A stretch of DNA of 64,000 nucleotides from Dicyema japonicum (lineage: Eukaryota; Animalia; Dicyemida). The notes beneath the pieces are model-generated. The model worked only from the letters and a program-made list of their open reading frames with translations. It was not told where the DNA came from and made no database searches. The translations under genes and the position numbers were made by a program. Positions 56,830 through 64,000 of this stretch are shown here, in pieces (positions within the stretch are counted from its first letter, which is position 1; each line of letters begins with the position of its first letter). The stretch lies in the NCBI GenBank assembly GCA_011109175.1, contig RDEW01000016.1, positions 1,165,294-1,229,293 on the forward strand, written 5' to 3'.

Positions 56830-57987
56830 TTATAAACCATTCATAAAGTTTGTCTCAACTCTAACGATAATGTCTGATAGAGAAGAGATTTCACTGGAGA
56901 ATGTGGAATCTTTGCAGTGTTCTGTCAGATGGAGAGTGCACATGGCAAATGAACTGAACAGAGTTTGACAAAGTTCACACGAAAATACAATTCTTGGTCC
57001 CACTGATCCTTCCAGCAAATATTCAGTAATCAGATTTCTGTTTCGTTTAATGGACACAGCATTAGATTCTTGGAAATGTTTCTGTAATGAAAACCAAATT
57101 GTATACCAATGAATTTATTTTTCCGACAAAACTTATATTCATATTTGGGTTAGCCGACATGTTTTCGTTGTAAAACTGAGAATATTTTCCCAGTGATGGG
57201 TATTTTACCACAATCGGAGTGTACCTTCCTCCCTTGTTCTCAATATCTAAACAATCTGATATATTTTTTGGGGGAGGTCCTCTCTGGTTAACTTGCAATT
57301 TCTTGAATCTATCTTCCCATGATTTGCTCAAATGAATAGGTCTTCCGTGATCTCTCCTCAAATGATATTTCAGAGTGGAATAAGCCTTGAACTGACAGGT
57401 ACAAAACTGTAATTGATAATATTATTTACTGAACATTGGTAGTCTTTCTGAGTTTCCTCAAATTTTACTTCTGACTCGATGTTGTCCTTCATGGTACTGT
57501 CAGATTCACTATTGGGGTACATCTCTTCCTACATTATAATTACAATGTTGACAATTTCAAATTGGGTGTTTCTTATACACGTTTCAGTCACAAATTCATT
57601 AGTGGACACTGTTGGGGATTCTACAAAATTGTTTTTTGTAGAAAAATTTCTTATTATACTTCGTTCTTTCCCCTTCTTCAAGAACTGAAGTCGTTCGGCC
57701 TTATACTTTGTCGCAATGTTAGTGTCATTAAAAATGAGTCCATGGTGGATGTATTTGTGGATTTGAGAAGTTCTCTTTGCCTTGAATGCTTTCCCACATT
57801 GCTTTGACATAACGGACAAACTAAACCGAACAACTGAACGGTCTCTCCCCCGTGTGCATTCGTATGTGACGTTTCAAATCGGCCGGAGTTCTCTTGACGA
57901 CCCCACAATATTTGCAGGTTTTTTTATCGAAGGTACTAAAATTGGGTTATTTTGTTACCTCCTTGGGATATCACAATTTTCTGTCAT
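56830..57987 (-). CDS. C2H2 zinc-finger transcription factor; multi-exon
   Basis: [50 protein letters not shown] and a C-terminal [24 protein letters not shown] at 57987 followed by a 23-nt intron. Confidence 0.85.
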
Positions 57988-58999
57988 TCAACAGTGGACA
58001 GATGAAGTGAATGAAAATATAAATAAAACAAACGAATACGCAAATATATATTCGATTAACCGCATTCTTTGCATGCATTAAGCTCTGGTTGGAAAAGATG
58101 TTGTCTAATAACCCATCAAACTCTAAAATCAAAATAATAATTCTGATTAAATTATTTTTGCTTCATTTATTTGCCCAAAAACCTAATTTAGAAATATTTA
58201 AGGATGGGCGACAATCTCAAATTCGAACACAAATCAAAAAATAACCAAAATGCGAAATTATTTAAACCTCAAAATGTGCAAAAACTTATCTGGCCTCCTT
58301 AACTCTGCTAAACCACTCCATTAAACCTTCAATCAGTCAAGTTTATTAAAATATTACATTTTATAGACAAAGATCTAAAATATTAATTTTCAATAAAAAA
58401 TATTTTATTTTCTTGTATATAACAGGATCTCGGGAGGAATATAGGGCAAACATGAGGAGGCTATTAAGAGAGGAGCTTGGATGCCTCTAATATAATTAAC
58501 AAATATCACCTAATGGCCTCGTCTTTCTCTTAATATAACGACGCCACAAGAAAATAGGTGTCCTGTCTTTTAGTTGTTGAGGAAGTATGAAGGAGACAGC
58601 GACTAATCTGATCATATAATCCCGTAGAGCCGTATGGTTACCACAACGGAAGTGCGCCAGTATGTTTTCCTCCACCAAATTTCTAATGCTGAAACCAGAT
58701 AAGCTTGTTGAAACTAAGGTGTCAATAACATAAACTTTAAGGGGCGTGAATGAGTGGCCTTTTTTAAAATAATAATTTTGCTTCCTATGATAAATATGAT
58801 CCTCTTGAAATTTGTGGAATGTCATTGGGTGTTTCTGGTTCGGACATTTATAGATGAATTATAAGCAGAGGATAAGGAAGTGGAGGATTGTATACAATTG
58901 ATGTATTATAACACTTGGACAGTCTTGGATGCCACGTCAATGATTATAGTTTGTTAATAACACTCCCGCCGTTGTCATAAGCACGTAAAATGCCTAGAG

Positions 59000-60560
59000 T
59001 TTCGTTCGTGCTGTACACTCGACTATCCTCCCAGTCAGCCCTCTCCATCTAGCTCTGTTCCTCGCGCGATTACGAATATCCTCAAGATCGTCTCCAGTTT
59101 TGAGTTGACCGCTAATTCGTGCGTATCGTTATCCAGACAGAGGGGAAGCGTACATCTTGGCCGACCCCTAAATCCAATTCCGTGATTTGAATAGTAATCT
59201 TCCATTTGATTGCAAGGAATCACTTCGTCCATTCTCAGAACATCTCCGAAAAGTCGTGAGGTAATTACTTCTCTGCTATCGGTTTGCATTTACATAATTT
59301 GTAGAGAGTGTCGTTTTTGATAATATGTGGCCATTTGATTCCCGCAAATTGATTTCTATGAAATGTGTCTAGTCTGTCAAGGTCGTTTTTGAAGTTCCCA
59401 TATTCCCGATTATATAATAGGTCTGGTTGTATGAACGCGTTATATAAGCGCATCCGAAGATTTAAGGAGATATTTTTTCTGCGAGTCCAAATACTCCACA
59501 TCTTTTCAGTGCACAAAATGCCAACATCTTTCTGCGAGCAATGTCCTCAGCATCACCCAAAAACGAGCCGAGCCTTTTAGTAAACCTCCATTTCTCATCA
59601 ATCCGTGTCGGTTACCGCTGAATCCAAGTTAACTCAGGTTTTTTCTAAATTGATCTTCAATCTTCCAGAACTGTTGTGGTTTTATCTAATACAGTTCTTA
59701 GTACCTCCACATCCTCAGACACAAAATCGATGTCATCAGCATATATTAATTCCACAAAATGATTAAGTGACCCAATTCTTTCATAACGTCCCTCAACGCA
59801 GCTTCTAAATAGATTGCAAAGAGAACTGACGAAGCGAGTCCCTTGCGGAGTACCAATCACGGTCGTGAATTTTTCCGAATCGCCCTTCCCCACTTTCACT
59901 ATGAGGCTCTTGTCAGCCAGCAAAAAATGCACAATTCCCAAACAGTCCTCGTCAATTATGTCCTTGAGAACTTGCAATAGTTCATCTCACACATTCGAAT
60001 GCTTTCGATAAGTCGACTCCCAGAATATACATTGTTTTTCTGTACTTCTGACATATTGCCGTAAGCCACCGATGACTCCATACTATATCAGCGGTGATCT
60101 TCCTGGTCTGAATCCACTTTGATTAGGTGACAAGTATTAGTTAACTGAATTTGACATTCAATTTTGTAATCCACAATATTTTTCGCAAAATGGTCAAAAG
60201 CACGATCGGTCTGGAATTTTCAATTGGACCTGCAGGTTTGCCATGTTTTTGTAAAGAAGTAGAACTCCCATCGCGATGTCAATTGAACAATGAGTCCTGA
60301 ATATCTCTTTGAATATAAAAGTTATCTTTTCTGCTAGCTGGGTTGGTGCGTATTTTAACAACTCCCACAAATATTGTCATAGCCAGCTGCTCTGTTGTTA
60401 TTCAGGCGAAGGAGTGCTCCGCGAATCTCGGAATCCGTAAACACATTATTAAGTGAACGAGACTGTCCTTCGCATTGTGTGTGATCCTCCTGATTGAACT
60501 GCTTGCTAAAGTGTTGGCTATAAGTCCAGCAGAACGGTTAGCGTCCAATACAAAGTGAGT
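59000..60560 (-). mobile_element. RTE-like LINE RT, degenerate
   Basis: NSRPIVLLTI, GFRPGRS, GVDLSKAF, FTTVIGTPQG, IYADDIDF, ISLNLRMRLYNAF. Confidence 0.8.
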
Positions 60561-60949
60561 TGGTTTTAGCTGACCCGCGCTTGAGTAAACGCACAGCCAT
60601 AAACATTTTTGCACATGAATGTAATCTTTCCACTATCCAATACTCGTTGGTCCAAAAAGTCCGACCATGATCGAAGCACATTCTTTTTAATTTCATGTTT
60701 AATTGTATTCCACAATTTTTTTAATTCGGATTTTCGTTCAGGATCACAAGTTTTAAATTTGAAGTCTTATATCTCGTTGACGGATAGACAATTCATTGAC
60801 AGTTATATGCTCCTTTATGACAGTCATACACATTTATGACAGTCATAATCGATCTCTTATTACGTGATCCGACATTAAAATAAAATTAATTCCAAAGACC
60901 ACTGTTAAACCGAGAAAACTAAACTAAGTGATCTTGACGGATTAGATCA

Positions 60950-63100
60950 AGGCTAACATCTTTGCTCGGTGTTGATCCCTTGAGTCTACACAATTTCGTT
61001 GCTGTCCATTTTGGTTTTTTTCGATAAGTGTCAACATGGGCGTTGGTGATTTGATGTTTTCCCCTGTATATCATCTCTCAGTTAGTTTGAAGGCTCTTTT
61101 CTGGGTTGAGGAGATTTTCTGAATGGTTGTATAAGAAGTCAGTGGTCCCCATGAAGTACACGCATATGAAATGCATGGTTCCATGTACTGTGAGTAAAGC
61201 GTTTTAAGTATTGGGTGATGTCCAATTTTCCATAGACCTGTTAGGCATTTCAGAAGGTTGGTTTTCTTCTACATTTGTTCAGCACGTTAGTGACGTGTCT
61301 TGAAAAGTTCATATCGAAAGTCAGACCAAATATTTTTGCCATTTGCTGAACGGCAGGGAATACTCCACAGTAACTTCTATAGTCCTGTTCGACAATCTTT
61401 TGTCCAAGTATAAAGAGTTGTAACAGATTTTTCGGTATTGATTGACATTCGATTTTCATTAAACCACTCGAGTAGTCAATCCATGTGGTGTTGTATTCTT
61501 TCCGTCGCTGTTTGGGTGTTCTATCCCGTGAGGCTAAGACGATATCGTCTGCATAAGCCAGAAGCAGGTTGTCTTCTCCATTCGGCGTCGGAATGCCAGC
61601 TGTAAATAGGTTGAATAGTAATGGTGATAGCGGCAAGCCCTAGGGTACTCTATTTGGGAATAAACGGAAGACAGAATAAATGTTTCCAATGCACACTCTA
61701 CCTCTTCGTCCGCTAAGGAAGTCTGTCAGCCAGCGTTTGAGGTTTTCAGGGATATCTGATTGGTAGATTTTCCATGGTACATTCTTCCTCGGCACAGAGT
61801 CGAAAGCTTTGTGGAAAGAGCATAACACAGTTTTCTATTGTCTTGGCTTGTACAGAAATCCAGAGCAAATAAAGTTAGTCAGGGATGTGAGGAAGCTTGT
61901 TGTGGACCGATTCTCTTTGAAACCATGCTGGAACGGCTTATCGAGAGTCCTTTCATTGATTTTTCCGAGGATGAGCTTTTCCAGAATTTTTGACATGGAG
62001 CATATAAGAAATAGGCCTGAAGGAAGCTGGGTCTTTTTCGGTTTTCCTGACTTCAGTACTGAGCGAATGTTTGCAAGTTTCCATATCGTTGGGATTGAGT
62101 TATAATTAATCGACCAGTTGTAGATTTTGGTCAGGGTACCGATTCCCTCATTGCATAGGTTTTTCAGGAGGATTATGGGAATTCCGTCTGGATCACGAGA
62201 ATATGTTACTTTTATTTGGCTTAGGGATGCCATTACCTTCTTTTCCGTGAAATAAGTTAATTGATCCCTTTTCGGTTTTCTTAGCGGCGGTTTGGGTGGG
62301 TCAGTCCGCATGTGGTTTTTGTGAGAGATTTCCCTGCTTTTTTGAGACGGTTTCGTTCCTTGACCAGAACCTTCCTTCCGTACTCTCTTGTGTAAACGAC
62401 ATATCTGTTAGGGACAGCCATTGTTCTTGCTTCCAAGATGACTTTGTTGACAACCACTATATAAAGGGAGGTAAAGTTTTCCAGCTGTATATTAGCCAAA
62501 TGTTGGTCCGTAACTGATCGGAATAATTGCCAATTTGCAAGATTGTATATGCAGGTTTCTTCTTTCCACTGGTAATTTCGTTTTTGATTTTTAGCAGAAT
62601 AGGGTTATCCACACTTTGAGTAACCGATCCACAAGTGAGATGTGTATAGCCCATAATGATGGGAGTCGGATGGTAGTTGTATCAACCCGTAATTGTCATA
62701 GCATACATCTCGTTCCACTGTCACCTTCTCTCTTGCAGACATGTCACACCGGTTTTGTATCTTTCTAGATCCGTACATAGAATGTTCTGTTTGATGTTTA
62801 AGGCAATTCCTTTGACACTGAAAGATGTAATAAAAAAAGCGTAAAGCGGATCGAGAATACGATAAAGACATTACAATGAAAGAGGTGTCAACCAACTCAA
62901 CCAACAAATGATGTTTCTCGACAGACTATAAAATTGATAAGCAATCAAGAATGTTTATTAGATATCACAAAATTACAGTAAAGATGACCCATTGATCTGT
63001 TCAGGGGTTAAACAGTTACTCAAATAAGAATAATCTTATATATTTTAATCAATCTGTTGGCTGTATATCCAAGTAGGAAATAGCCATGAGTAAGGGCACC
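60950..63100 (-). mobile_element. I/Jockey-like LINE, degenerate
   Basis: DPDGIPIILLK, FQHGFKENRSTT, HKAFDSVPR, PLSPLLFNLF, AYADDIV. Confidence 0.8.
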
Positions 63101-63265
63101 TATCTCTAATTTGTTACACCCGCTTAAGTAAAGGAAACTGGTGGCTAGCAGAAAAGTAGAAAACAATGGTTGTAGCTGGTGGAAGAATGAAAGAGAGGAT
63201 GAGCATTAAATATGTCTATAATGGACATGTGAGAAATAACACCAAATAATAAAGGTAATCGAATA

Positions 63266-64000
63266 TTATCTAACAATAGAAATACGGGTGTAATGAGTAG
63301 GGTGGAGTGATAGCTCATATTCTTTCACTGAACTGTACATAAAACCCAATCTTACTCCAAAACACCTCTGTGTCTATAAATCAGATTTATAGTCGACGTG
63401 ACCTCATTCAGGCATCCATAAAAAAACCCGTTGAGCATATCAGCCACGAGATTGCTGGTGTCCGTGTTTACAGGAGGGTTCACGCAGTATAGATTCTGAC
63501 ATCAGCCAAACCAGAACCTTTATGCGGAAAAACTTTGCACCAACTTCCAAAAGCTTTGAAAAGTCGAATTTGTCAGTGTGCCAGTCACTGTTAATGTCAA
63601 AAAGCGAGAATTTAGACTTTAATGAAAACACAAGAAACCCAAAATTCCATATCACTCATTTCGTCAGAGTCCCATTTTCTCGTCTGAAAGGGAAACCTTG
63701 GTGAGATTATTTCTCCAAATCCCAAGTACATCACATTTGTGTCTGGCACAATGTTGGGGAGTGTCAGTTCATAAGAAAATTTGCAAGCAACATTGTCCAC
63801 ATTCTGCCATTAAGGATTGGATACCTTTATTGTTAAAATTGCAGTTTTGTTAGGCGTCCTCTCGTCAATAAACGTCGAGTTGGCAACAAAGAAGGTTTCT
63901 TGATAAGTGGGAATGTATATTTTACTGTATTGGTCACCATTTAAATGTCTGAGAATTTATATTAATCTTAACTTAAAGAAGTTGTTTTCTATCCTTGAAT
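63266..64000 (-). CDS. GID4: GID4/VID24-like subunit of the GID/CTLH E3 ligase; 5' end at or beyond the window edge
   Basis: GEIISPRFPFQTRKWDSDEMSDMEFW-SKF resembles GID4 [35 protein letters not shown] and YRHR follow. Stop TAA at 63266. Confidence 0.75.

Noticed and set aside
63850-63960. Small GTPase (YIPT resembles a switch I motif)
   Set aside because: No P-loop or DxxG motif is seen, and downstream exons match GID4.

Overview
AT-rich eukaryotic nuclear DNA, not prokaryotic. Compact gene islands alternate with transposon remnants. Host genes are split by many GT-AG introns of only about 20-26 nt, which explains the fragmented ORF track. Recognisable genes: TBCD (+), CFAP65 (-), a CGRRF1-like RING protein (+), DCTN5 (-), RAD50 (-), DRC7 (-), SMC3 (+), a C2H2 zinc-finger gene (-), GID4 (-, runs off the window end), an intronless tail-anchored orphan (-) and two tRNA-Leu(TAA) genes. 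Animal-type genes, motile-cilium genes and ~22-nt introns suggest a dicyemid mesozoan; this is an inference. Mobile elements include I/Jockey-like and RTE-like LINEs, R4-like and CRE-like restriction-endonuclease (RLE) retrotransposons, and MULE, hAT, pogo and integrase remnants. There is also a 33-unit ~40-bp satellite. Many genes carry single-base deletions at short homopolymers, most likely assembly errors. The most notable signals are: a dense, graded cluster of CCACGTG motifs inside exons at 5.1-17.5 kb; two independent RLE-retrotransposon insertions just downstream of a tRNA gene, proven by an empty paralogous site; introns with degenerate 5' splice sites; and one in-frame TAG in SMC3. 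All alignments, counts and family calls were made by eye from remembered homologues. Gene ends inferred across introns are approximate.
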